Positions 16,167 to 26,618 of a stretch of 35,803 nt of DNA are shown piece after piece. The translations under genes and the position numbers were made by a program. The DNA lies in IMG/VR virus record IMGVR_UViG_3300037743_000017, positions 1 through 35,803 of that record; one strand, written 5' to 3'. Origin of the DNA: a virus (lineage: Duplodnaviria > Caudoviricetes). The notes beneath the pieces are model-generated. The model saw only the letters and a program-made list of their open reading frames with translations. It searched no databases and was not told the DNA's origin. The first letter of the stretch is position 1. Each line of letters begins with the position of its first letter.

Positions 16167-18311
16167 ATGGCTGGCCCGAACGTGGCAGAAGTCACCGTTG
16201 TCATCGACGGTGACGGCCGACCCCTGCGCGTCACCGTGCGCCGTGAAGCAGAGCTGGCCGGTAAGGAGGCCGGGCGAAACTTCGGGACTGCGTTCGATGA
16301 CGAGATCGAGCGCGCCATGGTGCCGATCGGCACTCGTCTCAGGCGACGCCTGATCCGAGTTGGTGACAGCTCGGCGGGGGGCTTCCGTAGTGGGTTCATC
16401 GGGCGTCTACGCGGGTCACGGAACGACTTCGTCAACATCATCGGGGTCATCGGCGGCGGCATCGAGCGTGCCTTCAGTGGGACCTTTGGCCGGATCATCG
16501 AGTCCTTCGGCGAGTCGATCTCGCGCTTCGCCGTGCGCGTCGGTAACGCCGAAGGACCGCTCACCGGATTCTCCCGCATCGTCGCTACCATCGGCGGCGG
16601 CATCCAGCGTCTTGGTACTGGCGGTCTCGACGGTCTGGTCATCCAGATCATCACGCTGGCCGGTGCGTTCAACATATCTGTGGCGGCAGCGGGGCCTCTC
16701 ATCGCGGGGCTCGCAGCCGTATCCTTCAACACGCTGGTTCTGGCTAACACCCTGGCCGGTGGAATCCTTGGTCTCCTGGGAACCCTGGGTCCGATGCTCT
16801 TCGCTCTGGGGGCCGGTGCTGGCGTCGCGGCGCTGGGCATATCGAGCATGTCCGAGGAGTCGAAGAAGGCTTTCAAGCCGCTGGGAGACCTGTTCGGACA
16901 GCTCGGTGAGGTCGCGGAACGTCAGCTCTTCGGCGGGATTACCCAGCAGATCCGCGACCTGGCGGACTCGCTGGAAGGGACACTCACTCCACTTGTCCGG
17001 AATACCGCCCAGGCTCTCCGAGGCTTCTTCGACGACCTGACGGCATCGCTCCAGGGCGACGCCTTCGCCGAGCAGATGCGCAGCCTGTCAGAGATTCTGC
17101 CCGGCATCCTGCGCCAGCTCCTGGATCTGATCACGGGGCTGTCCAGTGGTCTGACGAACCTGTTCATCGCGGCGTCCCCTGCCGCGCAGCAGCTCCTGGG
17201 CTGGCTGGTCCAGCTCGTCGATCGCTTCGTCGCATGGTCGGCTAGCGCTGAGGGGCAGCAGCAGCTCACGAACTTCTTCAACGACGCCGTAAACATCGTC
17301 CGCATCCTGTCGGGGATCATATCCGGCGTTCTGGACATCCTGCGCACTCTGTGGGAGGAGAGCGTCTCTCAGGGGACGTCGTTCCTGGAGAACCTGCGTA
17401 ACATCGTCCAGGAGTTCTCGACGTGGCTCAGCTCGCGTGAGGGTCGCGCGGAGCTGCGATCGTTCATGGGCCAGGCTGTTAGCATCGGCGAGACTCTGGG
17501 TACCACGATCGAGGAAGTCGGTCGACTCTTCGGCGCTCTGGACTCCCCTGGCACTCGGGAGGCGTTCAACTTCCTACTTTCCGGCCTGAACCTGATCATC
17601 ACGATCATCACGAATCTGGTCCGGGTCGTCGTCACGGTGGGTGACACCTTCCGTGGGGTCTTCACGGCGGCACGTGCAGCGGCCAACTTCCTGCGGAACA
17701 ACATCAACAACCTGGGTGATTCGATCGTTCGGATCATCACTCGTGGACTCGCACCTCTCCGTGCCTCATTCGGCGCGTTTTCCCGGAATGCCCAGGCGGC
17801 GATTCAGCGCGTGCAGGACCGGATCAACGCGGCAGGAGGCACCCTGAACGTGCTACGGTCCGCCGCTGGACGAGTGGGTGCCTTCATCTCCAAATCGTTC
17901 GATGACGTGGTGTTCAGCGTCCGAGTCGCAGTCGACTGGTTCAACAACCTAATCGGCATCATCAACAACGTCATCGGAGCCATCGCCCGGATCGCCTTCC
18001 CCAGCCCTCCGTCGTGGCTCTTCGGAGGTTTCGCAGGATTCGCCTCGGGTGGCATCGTGACAGGGCCTACACGGGCTCTGGTAGGCGAAGCGGGACCAGA
18101 GGCGATCATCCCGCTGAACCGTCCCCTGAGCCAGGTGGACCCCTCTGTACGGGCGCTGTCCGCTCTTCTCCAGGGTCAGACCGATGGTCAAGTCTTCCGT
18201 GGAGGAGGCAACACCTTCTCGGAGGGAGCCATCCAGGTCGTCACGCCCTACGCTGACCCCAGACTGACTGCCATCGAAGTAATGGACGCGCTAGCAGCGC
18301 GAGGGAGGTAA
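16167..18311 (+). CDS. tape measure protein
   Basis: Long A/G/L/I-rich helical ORF ending in GFASGGIV..VGEAGPEAIIPL. Confidence 0.9.
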   Translation: MAGPNVAEVTVVIDGDGRPLRVTVRREAELAGKEAGRNFGTAFDDEIERAMVPIGTRLRRRLIRVGDSSAGGFRSGFIGRLRGSRNDFVNIIGVIGGGIERAFSGTFGRIIESFGESISRFAVRVGNAEGPLTGFSRIVATIGGGIQRLGTGGLDGLVIQIITLAGAFNISVAAAGPLIAGLAAVSFNTLVLANTLAGGILGLLGTLGPMLFALGAGAGVAALGISSMSEESKKAFKPLGDLFGQLGEVAERQLFGGITQQIRDLADSLEGTLTPLVRNTAQALRGFFDDLTASLQGDAFAEQMRSLSEILPGILRQLLDLITGLSSGLTNLFIAASPAAQQLLGWLVQLVDRFVAWSASAEGQQQLTNFFNDAVNIVRILSGIISGVLDILRTLWEESVSQGTSFLENLRNIVQEFSTWLSSREGRAELRSFMGQAVSIGETLGTTIEEVGRLFGALDSPGTREAFNFLLSGLNLIITIITNLVRVVVTVGDTFRGVFTAARAAANFLRNNINNLGDSIVRIITRGLAPLRASFGAFSRNAQAAIQRVQDRINAAGGTLNVLRSAAGRVGAFISKSFDDVVFSVRVAVDWFNNLIGIINNVIGAIARIAFPSPPSWLFGGFAGFASGGIVTGPTRALVGEAGPEAIIPLNRPLSQVDPSVRALSALLQGQTDGQVFRGGGNTFSEGAIQVVTPYADPRLTAIEVMDALAARGR

Positions 18312-18314
18312 GAG

Positions 18315-21300
18315 ATGCCCTACGACGGCTATCTGGAGCTTGGCGGCCGTGAGCTGGCTAACGCCGCCCGTACCTTCCAGTACGTCACCGACCTGAGCGC
18401 GTTCGGCCTCCACGACTGCCAGGGCTGCGAAGACCTGGCCGAAGCGCTGGACGAGACGTACACGACCCCGGCCGCCGACCCGGCACCATGGTTCGACCCG
18501 ACCGACCCGGATACGGGTCAGTTCTTCGGCTTCTACCCCACGCAGATCGAGGGCCTGTCCACTTCCACGCGCGAGTCCGTGAACGTGGAACTCGTGGGCG
18601 ACGGCTCCGTTCAGACCTCTCAGCGACGCGCGGGTCGAGACCTCATGGTCCGTGGTGCCATGTTCGCCGAGACGCGTGAGGCGCTGGACAAGGGCTTCTC
18701 GTGGCTGGACAACACCCTGAACTCTGAAGCCTGCCAGGGGGAGCAGGCACGCATCTTCTCGGCATGTCCGGAAGTGATCGAGTACCCGCCCGAGGCGTTC
18801 GAGCCGGTGGACGTGGGTGAGACGGGCCAGATCCTGCGCGCGAACCTGGCTGAGAACCCAGACATGGACTCGACATCCTCGACAGGTCTGGCCACGCCAA
18901 TCGCCCGAACCAACCTGCTGTCCAACCCGTCCATGCAGGGTGGTTCGTTCATCGGGCAGGATGGCACGTTCACGCTGTCCAACGGCACGGGGTCGTCTGG
19001 CGACATGGATGGGGTGGACTACCGGGCTGCCGAGATCGACGTGCCGAACACGATCTCAGGGGTCAGCATCATCTCCGGCAACACCGTCCCTGAGATGGCA
19101 ACCGTCACTGCCGGTCAGACGTACACGCTCTCGGCGTACGCCTTCCAGACTGCGGTCATGTACTCGGCACGGGTGACCGTGCAGTGGTTCGACGCGGGAG
19201 GCAGCTTCATATCGCAGATGGACGGCGCTACGACCGCTCTCGCCGCGAACGTGTGGGAACGGCGCTCCGACACCGCCGTGGCACCGGTGGGAGCGACAGG
19301 TGCCCACATCCGGATCGTGTTCACCGACACTGGCGGCATCATCGGCGAGTCCATCTTTGCTGGTGGGGGGATGGTCGAGGAGAGCGGCACTCTTAAGCCG
19401 CTGATCGTCGGCCCCATCTCCCTTGACCCGGATCTAGATTCCGACTGGTCCGGAGCCTCCTATGACTCCACCACGGAGGCATTCGCGCACGGCGTTACCT
19501 ACCCGACGTCGGACGCGGTGCTGCGCATCGACGCAACCCCGAATGGGGGCTCCAGCAGCCACGCCGAGATGCGCCAGGCCGTCGTCAGCACTGAGAACAC
19601 GGTGGCTGTCATCCCTGCGGTAGGCGACGCTTCCACAGACTCATACTGGAACGCCACCGACACCTCGGCGGGCGTCACATTCTTCGACCCTGACCGCACT
19701 TACCGCGTCTTCGGCGAGATCACTCTCCTGGACACGCAGAGCTTCGCGGGGGGCATGTCACGGGACCGGGCCATCGCTATCGTCACTGACACTGGTGGCC
19801 CTGACAACATCACGTTCCAGTCATCCAGCGCTCCGAACGTGGCAGGCACGACCCGCCTGTCCGTCACGTTCACAGTGCCCTCTGACGTCACACATTCCTA
19901 CCTGCGCCTGTACAACGGGTCCAGCTCGACAGAGGAGCCGGTCTACTGGGACAAGATCCTCGTCGAGGACATCACCGATGGTGTGCCCGTCGACGACTTC
20001 TACTTCGATGGCGATACGACTGACACGGCCACCTTCACGTACGCCTGGACCGGTACACCAAACGAGTCGACATCCACGCAGAGCGAAGCGTTCGACTACC
20101 CGTCCGAGGCAGCGCTGTGGCAGACCACGTCAGGTACCATCACGGGGCAGCCCACCTCTGTCCAGTTCCTATGGGACCCGGAAGACGCACAGAAGGCGGC
20201 GTGGCGGCGCATCACGGGCCTCATCCCTGGCGAGCACTACCAGATCCGCCTGGACATGGGGGGGACCGCAGTCCGGGTTCAGGTAGGCGACGAGAACGTG
20301 TCGCCGGATGCCAACCTGGCCAGGAATCCACGATGGATCGGTTCTCAGTTCGATGGCACTCTTGTCAGCCCCGCGCCTGCGTCGAACATGTTCGACGAGG
20401 AGGACGACGGTCCGCTTGGCCTGGGGTGGCGTCGATACGTCTACCCGTCCGACACGGCATCGGACACTGTCTTCGTTACGGACACCGACGACCAGGAGAG
20501 CATGACCTTCATCCTGGAAGACAACGAGGTGACGGTCAGCGCCTACGCCTACGCCAGCGCAGAGTCGAACGTCAGCCTGGTCGTTCGCTTCTTCGACGTG
20601 GCAGGATCTCAGATCGGCACGGATTCCACGCTGGATACGGCCGTGGCGGACGGTGCATGGGTGCAGCTTTCGGGTGTAACCACTGGTCCGTCAGGCGTCG
20701 AGCGGATGCAGATCGAGGTGCAGTACGCGACGGCGGGTGCCATCACATCGGGTACCGAGTTCGGCGTGTGGGGGTCAATGGTGTCTCCGACAGGCGGCAC
20801 GACGTACTTCGACGGGTACACAAGCGGCTACACGTGGAGCGGCCTCCCCGACGACTCATCGACCGTAACGGACGCTGGGGTCGAGTGGACGACTTACTCC
20901 GACCTTACGGGCGCCACCTGGACGCCTCCGACCGAGCCGACCGTTCTGGACTTCATCCCCCGCTCGCAGGATGTCACCCTCTACATCGATACTGGCGGTG
21001 GCCTGGGGAACGTACTGAACATCGAAATCTTCCGGGTGTGGCGAGTGCCTAACCCCGGGGTGATCGCGTTCAGCACGAACGACTTGGACATGGTCCCGCC
21101 CTCGGACGGGTGGCAGCATGACCCGGTGACGGATGTGGAGATCACGTCGCAGATCATCCACGTGCAGAACACCGCCTATGGAGGCGAGCTGCGCATTAAC
21201 CTGCGTGCGGCCGATGCAGGTGGGGCGACGATCGGCGACACCACCGGCCCGTACCGGACGTCGTTCGGTCTGAAGCCCGGTGTGGTTTACCGGGTCGGGG

Positions 21301-22877
21301 TGAACTACTCCATCAGCTACTCGGGGGCAGACGACCCTGCGGAGCCGTTCATCGATGGCGCGATCTCGCAGACCGTGGTGTACGCGCAGGACAATGACAT
21401 CGGCGACTCGGTCTACAGCTACCGGACGATCGAGTTCGTCCCTTCCGGCTCTACTGCGACGGTCCGCTTCGAGTTGAGCGAGACAGTAGTGCTGGCGTTC
21501 AACGAGAGTGTCGCGTGGACCATCGAGGAAATCCTGGTGGAGGAGGCTTTCACCGGAGCCGACACTTCCCAGCCCGATCCGCTGACGCCCGTGAATCGGA
21601 CGATGTACAACGTCGCTGCGATCACAGGCCCGCAGATGACGGGTCTCCGTCGCACCTCGTGCGGGTGGATGGCCCAGGTGGCGTTCGGTCTGCGTGCAGG
21701 TAACCCTGGCGTGTTCCGGGACCCTGTCCTGGCTGGCGGTCTGCCCACGTCCGTTTCCACCACGCAGGAGGCGATCCCCTGCATCGACGGCGCTGAGGCA
21801 CGGGTGAACTTCATGTACAACCCGAGTGTCGAGGTTGCCCTGAACCCGGTAGCGCTGCGTACGGACTACGCGCAGTCGGGCGGTGCTATCACTCGGGAGA
21901 ACGGTGCCACGCCTGGGCCTGTGGTCGGGGAGTGGTTCGTCCAGGGCGCCGGGTCTACCCAGATCGTCGGCTACTACGAGTCCCCTCAGAATACGGGGCT
22001 GAACACCGTGGAGGGGAAGACGTACACGCACAGCGTCTACGTCTCGGCGGACGTCACCGGCGCCTACGACTGGTCGCTGGCGATCAACTACGACAACTTC
22101 ACAGACATCGTCCAGGACACCGTAAACCTGACAGCGGACGAGTGGACGCGGATCGAGAACACGTTCACCATCCCGCTCGGGAACCCTCTGTCTCTCCTGG
22201 AGTTTCACCTCCTGGACAACGGCGGGATCGCGGGCAACCTGTGGATGGACGGCTACATGCTGGAACCCGGCGACACTGCGGGGACCGTGTGGGATGACAC
22301 GTTCGAGGACGTCACATGGAGCGGTGATGAGCTGGAGTCGGCCCTGATCTTCGCGGAGCCGCAGGAGGACATCACCATCGATCCGGACTGCCCTCCGATC
22401 CCGCTGCCCCCGGCACCGCCGACTGTGGACGCCTCGTGCGTCACGGAGCCGAGCTCGTACCAGCGCTCTGTCATCACGATCCCGGAGAGCACAGTCCCCA
22501 CGAACCTGACCGCGTACCCCATCCTGACCCTCCAGGCTGGCGCTCAGGATGTTCGCCAGGCTCGCATCCGGTTCTGGGAGAACCCGGATCATCTGACGAT
22601 CGACGATCTGGACCCGTGCTCCTTCGACGGCGAGATCATCGTGTCCTACCTTCCGGCAGGTGCGACGCTGGTCATCGATGGCGTCCAGCGCATCGCAACC
22701 ATGACTCTTGCTGGCGTCACCCAGGACGCTACACATCTGCTTTACGGCAGCGACGGCGGGCCGGTGGACTGGCCTGAGCTGACTGGCGGAATCGAGTACC
22801 TGGTGACTCTGGATCTCGACTCCGCTGGCACGTTCTCCGACACGCAGATGACTGTCGAACTGGTGGTGCGTGACTGA
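18315..22877 (+). CDS. minor tail protein (distal-tail-like, with several carbohydrate-binding-like inserts)
   Basis: 1520 aa directly after the tape measure gene; acidic and T/S-rich; repeated NL..NP and TYT.S.Y..W.R modules. Confidence 0.8.
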   Translation: MPYDGYLELGGRELANAARTFQYVTDLSAFGLHDCQGCEDLAEALDETYTTPAADPAPWFDPTDPDTGQFFGFYPTQIEGLSTSTRESVNVELVGDGSVQTSQRRAGRDLMVRGAMFAETREALDKGFSWLDNTLNSEACQGEQARIFSACPEVIEYPPEAFEPVDVGETGQILRANLAENPDMDSTSSTGLATPIARTNLLSNPSMQGGSFIGQDGTFTLSNGTGSSGDMDGVDYRAAEIDVPNTISGVSIISGNTVPEMATVTAGQTYTLSAYAFQTAVMYSARVTVQWFDAGGSFISQMDGATTALAANVWERRSDTAVAPVGATGAHIRIVFTDTGGIIGESIFAGGGMVEESGTLKPLIVGPISLDPDLDSDWSGASYDSTTEAFAHGVTYPTSDAVLRIDATPNGGSSSHAEMRQAVVSTENTVAVIPAVGDASTDSYWNATDTSAGVTFFDPDRTYRVFGEITLLDTQSFAGGMSRDRAIAIVTDTGGPDNITFQSSSAPNVAGTTRLSVTFTVPSDVTHSYLRLYNGSSSTEEPVYWDKILVEDITDGVPVDDFYFDGDTTDTATFTYAWTGTPNESTSTQSEAFDYPSEAALWQTTSGTITGQPTSVQFLWDPEDAQKAAWRRITGLIPGEHYQIRLDMGGTAVRVQVGDENVSPDANLARNPRWIGSQFDGTLVSPAPASNMFDEEDDGPLGLGWRRYVYPSDTASDTVFVTDTDDQESMTFILEDNEVTVSAYAYASAESNVSLVVRFFDVAGSQIGTDSTLDTAVADGAWVQLSGVTTGPSGVERMQIEVQYATAGAITSGTEFGVWGSMVSPTGGTTYFDGYTSGYTWSGLPDDSSTVTDAGVEWTTYSDLTGATWTPPTEPTVLDFIPRSQDVTLYIDTGGGLGNVLNIEIFRVWRVPNPGVIAFSTNDLDMVPPSDGWQHDPVTDVEITSQIIHVQNTAYGGELRINLRAADAGGATIGDTTGPYRTSFGLKPGVVYRVGVNYSISYSGADDPAEPFIDGAISQTVVYAQDNDIGDSVYSYRTIEFVPSGSTATVRFELSETVVLAFNESVAWTIEEILVEEAFTGADTSQPDPLTPVNRTMYNVAAITGPQMTGLRRTSCGWMAQVAFGLRAGNPGVFRDPVLAGGLPTSVSTTQEAIPCIDGAEARVNFMYNPSVEVALNPVALRTDYAQSGGAITRENGATPGPVVGEWFVQGAGSTQIVGYYESPQNTGLNTVEGKTYTHSVYVSADVTGAYDWSLAINYDNFTDIVQDTVNLTADEWTRIENTFTIPLGNPLSLLEFHLLDNGGIAGNLWMDGYMLEPGDTAGTVWDDTFEDVTWSGDELESALIFAEPQEDITIDPDCPPIPLPPAPPTVDASCVTEPSSYQRSVITIPESTVPTNLTAYPILTLQAGAQDVRQARIRFWENPDHLTIDDLDPCSFDGEIIVSYLPAGATLVIDGVQRIATMTLAGVTQDATHLLYGSDGGPVDWPELTGGIEYLVTLDLDSAGTFSDTQMTVELVVRD

Positions 22878-23986
22878 TGGCTCTGGGATGCGAGATCAAT
22901 CGGGCTTTCATCTACGACCGTGGCGGCGCCAACCGGCTGTTCGAGGTCTCTTTCCCGTCCCGGATTCGGTGGGAGCGGATTCGGGACGACATCTCCCAGG
23001 CGGACGTGACGATCCTCGACCCGAATCAGGGATGCCAGGACCAGATGCTTCGCGTGGCACCGCATCGGCATGAGCTGGTGATCTTCCGTGGCGATGAGCG
23101 TGTCTGGGAGGGGCCGATCACACTGATCGGCTGGTTCCAGGATCGGATCGAGATCACCGCGAAGGACGTCATGTACTACGCGCAGAAGACGGTGATGCGC
23201 TCCGGCTACGACAACTCGTTCCCGAACATCGAGACGACGATCCAGCGCTCCCTGAACATCCTGAACGGTGAGCTGTCCCGGAAGGAGTCCCTGGACCCGC
23301 CGATCAATGTACTTCCGTACGTGACGACGATCCTCTCTGCGGATGACGCCAGCACGTCGAAGGTGACGATCCCCTACCAGCACACTGTCTTCACGGACAT
23401 CGACGACATGGCTCGCCGTTCCGGCATGGACTACTTCGTGGTCGGGCGCAGGATCGTCCTGATCGACACGCACACGATCTTCTCCACGACACCGCAAGTC
23501 ACTGAGAGCGACTTCCTGTCAGAGATCATCGTCACCCAGTACGGCTCTGAGCACGCGACGTGGTCGGTCTCTGTCTCTGCGGCTGGGAACGCAGGCATCG
23601 CCTTCTCCGATGGGGCACCCCTCGGTGTCGACCCCTTCTACGGGGAGTGGGAGATCGTCGACAGCGCGTACAACGAAGACGGGACGGAAGAGCCGGTGCA
23701 GGACGCGCTGGAGGAGCAGGCGAACCGGAACCTGAACGGACGCAACCCGGTGCCCCTGCATGTCCGCGTCCCCGACAACTCGCTGCTGAACCCTGAGGGC
23801 GTCCTGAGCCTGGAGCATCTCGTCCCTGGCGTCCGTGTACCAGTACGTGCGACGCTGCTGACGCTGGAGGTGTCGCAGATGCAGAAGCTTAACCGGGTCG
23901 CAGTGGAGGAGGTCGGCGGCCAGGGCGAGCAGATCTCTGTCACGCTGTACCCGGCATCCGCGAGCGACGTACCCCCGGAGGAGTGA
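22877..23986 (+). CDS. minor tail protein (baseplate hub-like)
   Basis: W.R..DDIS.A, HELVIFR..RVWEGPI and L.PGV motifs; synteny. Confidence 0.78.
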   Translation: MALGCEINRAFIYDRGGANRLFEVSFPSRIRWERIRDDISQADVTILDPNQGCQDQMLRVAPHRHELVIFRGDERVWEGPITLIGWFQDRIEITAKDVMYYAQKTVMRSGYDNSFPNIETTIQRSLNILNGELSRKESLDPPINVLPYVTTILSADDASTSKVTIPYQHTVFTDIDDMARRSGMDYFVVGRRIVLIDTHTIFSTTPQVTESDFLSEIIVTQYGSEHATWSVSVSAAGNAGIAFSDGAPLGVDPFYGEWEIVDSAYNEDGTEEPVQDALEEQANRNLNGRNPVPLHVRVPDNSLLNPEGVLSLEHLVPGVRVPVRATLLTLEVSQMQKLNRVAVEEVGGQGEQISVTLYPASASDVPPEE

Positions 23987-23987
23987 C

Positions 23988-24743
23988 ATGCCGAACCTGG
24001 TTCCGGAGTCGATTGAACAGTGGATGCGGCGAACGGAGTCTCGTGAGAACGAGTTGATGAGCCGGAAGTCCACCCTCGTAGCCCGCTCCATCGGCGATAC
24101 GGTGGATCTGGATGACTTCCTGTGGTCGGGCCGCTACTACCGAGAGAGCCCTACAGGCACTACTACCGCGCTCGGGTACCCGGTGGATGGGTCTGCTGGG
24201 ACGCTGGACGTCATCCGGAACCCCGCTTCGATCGAGGCTCAGCAGGTTTTCCACGACCGGGTGAATGGCGTCTCCTGGATTCGCTGGTATGACGGCGTCT
24301 CGTGGGGGCCGTGGACGTCTGGAGGTAGCCAGACTGCTGGCTTCTGGACCGACTACACGCCGAGTCTGACGAACTTGGCCCTCGGGAACGGAACGATGAC
24401 CGCGAGGTTCACCTCCATCGGGGACACGGTTTACTTCTGGGTGAGCATCCTCTTCGGGTCTACGACATCCGTGTCGGGTGCCATCGGCGTGGGCGCTCCA
24501 CTGGCAGGTTTCTCCACGACCGGATTCGTCTACCCGATGGGTACGGCGATAGCGAAGGACAGCCTGGCGAGCGGTCAGAACGTGTTCAAGGGTTTCACCA
24601 CGAATGCTGGCGACGGTCCGGTCACTGAGGCTCGCATCGTTACAGCCGGGTCCGCTAGTGGCGGGGCGTGGAATGCCACGAATCCGCTTACGTGGGCCAC
24701 TGGCGACACCCTCGCCGTGAAGGCGATGTACGAGGCTGCGTAG
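23988..24743 (+). CDS. minor tail / receptor-binding protein
   Basis: N-terminal coiled segment, DL.....G.Y...WIRW..WGPW knob-like module, C-terminal WTDYTP beta domain. Confidence 0.7.
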   Translation: MPNLVPESIEQWMRRTESRENELMSRKSTLVARSIGDTVDLDDFLWSGRYYRESPTGTTTALGYPVDGSAGTLDVIRNPASIEAQQVFHDRVNGVSWIRWYDGVSWGPWTSGGSQTAGFWTDYTPSLTNLALGNGTMTARFTSIGDTVYFWVSILFGSTTSVSGAIGVGAPLAGFSTTGFVYPMGTAIAKDSLASGQNVFKGFTTNAGDGPVTEARIVTAGSASGGAWNATNPLTWATGDTLAVKAMYEAA

Positions 24744-24764
24744 GACAGCGGTTACCGTCTGAGG

Positions 24765-25157
24765 ATGTTCTTCAAGGGCCTGGAGCAACCAGTGCAGATG
24801 CCAGACACGTCAACCACGATCGGCCTCATATCGACAATCCTCGGCGGCGCGCTGTTCGTCACGCTCGTCGCCCTGTGGAAGGTCATCAAGCCCAGGTTGG
24901 ATCGGATACTGGGCCAGACGGAGAACCGCCACCAGCAAGCCCCTTATCCGAACCTGCGCGACGAGCTGACGGCCGTCCGGGTTGCTGTCGAATCTGCCGC
25001 CATCGCTGCCGAGTCAGCGGCAGAGAACACAATCCAGGCGCGGCGCGAGGTGGAGGGCCTGAGGGAGGATCACCGCGAGCTGGCGAAGCGGGTTGATCGC
25101 CACATCAATGATTCTTCGCCCGATCTCGCCTACGTACGTCGGATGCGGGAGGGCTAG
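24765..25157 (+). CDS. membrane protein with coiled coil (start may be 24798)
   Basis: One TM helix followed by EN.H...NLRDEL and a coiled coil, typical of lysis-adjacent actinophage genes. Confidence 0.65.
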   Translation: MFFKGLEQPVQMPDTSTTIGLISTILGGALFVTLVALWKVIKPRLDRILGQTENRHQQAPYPNLRDELTAVRVAVESAAIAAESAAENTIQARREVEGLREDHRELAKRVDRHINDSSPDLAYVRRMREG

Positions 25158-26308
25158 CGCGTCTTCCTACGGGGCGCGTTCCCTGACCGAACGACGTGCC
25201 CCGTGGGACGCACCACTTTGAGGTTCTTACGCCGGTCCACAGCACGCTGCCACGCATCCACCCAGCCCGACACCCCCTCAGGAAGCACGTAAGCACCCCG
25301 TGAGGCGTCGAACTCGTCGGCTACGCCCCAGTGGAGGGTCGAGCGCCCCTGAACCTCCTTACGGAGCGCTGAGACCTCCAGTGCATCAAGCCACGCGGCC
25401 GGGTCGTCCGCCAGGGTCACGTACGACGAGTCGACGGCGAGTGAGCGGTAAGGCTCCGTGGGGGAGGCGATCACTGGGAGAGACGCCCCGAGGTACTCCA
25501 TGCCCTTCAGCCACGACTTCGCCTGATTGAAGGGCGTGAGCGCGAGGGGGACGATGCCGACATCTGCCGCTGCCGCCTCTTCGGCTAGCACCTCATGCCA
25601 CTTCTCCACGGGGATGTAACCCGTGTCCGAGACGGCAAGCTCCGGGATGCGAAGGATCTTCGCGACATCCTTCTTCGAGCCGACGATCCGAAGGTGCGCT
25701 CGTGCGCCCCCATCCACCATCTGACGGATGGCGTCCCCCATGACTTCCAGGTCTCCACGGTGGGAGGCGACAGCACCGGACCACAGGATCGTGAAGAGGT
25801 CTCCATCCTTGGCGGGGATCGGGTCGGCCTGGTAGGGCAGATAGTTCCGAAGACGTTCAACTCGGCCATGGTGGCCGTACTTCCGCTCCAGAGCCCGCGT
25901 TGTCACGGTCACCAGGTCGGCGGTATCGCAGGCGTCCTTCAGGGTTCGGTGATGCACGCGGTTCCGCCCACCGAAGCCGCCGTTCCACAGCCGGTAGGAG
26001 GATGACTGAGGGTGAAGGGCCGACAGGTCGTCGTCCACGTCGATGATGACCGCGACTCCGATGCGCTGCATCTCTCGGATGAACCGGACCTGCTTCTCCT
26101 GGCCCGTCCGTGAAAGAACGACGAGGTCCAGGCTCTCCATGTCGAGGCCGCGCACGAAGAACGATCGGCCATGATCTGCGATCTCCACCTCGCGCGGCCC
26201 GTAGATCCGTACGTCCCATCCGGTGATATCCGCTACGGCTCTGGCTGGCCACTTCTGCCGGTAGTACTCGACTCCTGTGTCGGCCGCACAGATGACCGCT
26301 ACCTTCAT
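25154..26308 (-). CDS. glycosyltransferase (GT-B/GT4-like)
   Basis: G..YYR..WP, IDVDDDL, ADLVTVTT..L, W.G...H..DL, DVGIVPL..FNQAKS.LK..EY...LPVIAS. Confidence 0.85.
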   Translation of the reverse strand: MKVAVICAADTGVEYYRQKWPARAVADITGWDVRIYGPREVEIADHGRSFFVRGLDMESLDLVVLSRTGQEKQVRFIREMQRIGVAVIIDVDDDLSALHPQSSSYRLWNGGFGGRNRVHHRTLKDACDTADLVTVTTRALERKYGHHGRVERLRNYLPYQADPIPAKDGDLFTILWSGAVASHRGDLEVMGDAIRQMVDGGARAHLRIVGSKKDVAKILRIPELAVSDTGYIPVEKWHEVLAEEAAAADVGIVPLALTPFNQAKSWLKGMEYLGASLPVIASPTEPYRSLAVDSSYVTLADDPAAWLDALEVSALRKEVQGRSTLHWGVADEFDASRGAYVLPEGVSGWVDAWQRAVDRRKNLKVVRPTGHVVRSGNAPRRKTR

Positions 26309-26363
26309 GATCCCCCCAGGCTTGTCGGTATGCTCAAGCCGAGCACCTACAAGGAGGAGATTA

Positions 26364-26615
26364 ATGGTTCACCCATCGACCACGGCACTTCTGCGCTGGT
26401 TCGAGTTCGAGCACATCCGCAGCGAGGAGCTTCGCTCTGTATCGAAGGTCTTCCACGACGTGGCACACGGCCTGGCAGAGACGCTTCCGGAGGACCCGGA
26501 GACGACTGTGGCGCTCCGCCATCTCCTGGAGGCGAAGGACTCTGCGGTACGGGCGGCCCTTTCTGGCCTGGACTCGCAGGAGCAGAAGCGCCTCGCCGGG
26601 CGCCCGAAGGAGTAG
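26364..26615 (+). CDS. small helical-hairpin protein (possibly Acb2/Tad1-like)
   Basis: ATG at 26364 after AAGGAGGAG. F.FEH..L..VS..F..A..L..P...E.TVALRHLLEAKD.AVRA. Confidence 0.75.
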   Translation: MVHPSTTALLRWFEFEHIRSEELRSVSKVFHDVAHGLAETLPEDPETTVALRHLLEAKDSAVRAALSGLDSQEQKRLAGRPKE

Positions 26616-26618
26616 GGC

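Noticed and set aside
20856-22736. 626-aa minus-strand ORF
   Set aside because: Antisense to the minor tail gene; no recognisable domain.
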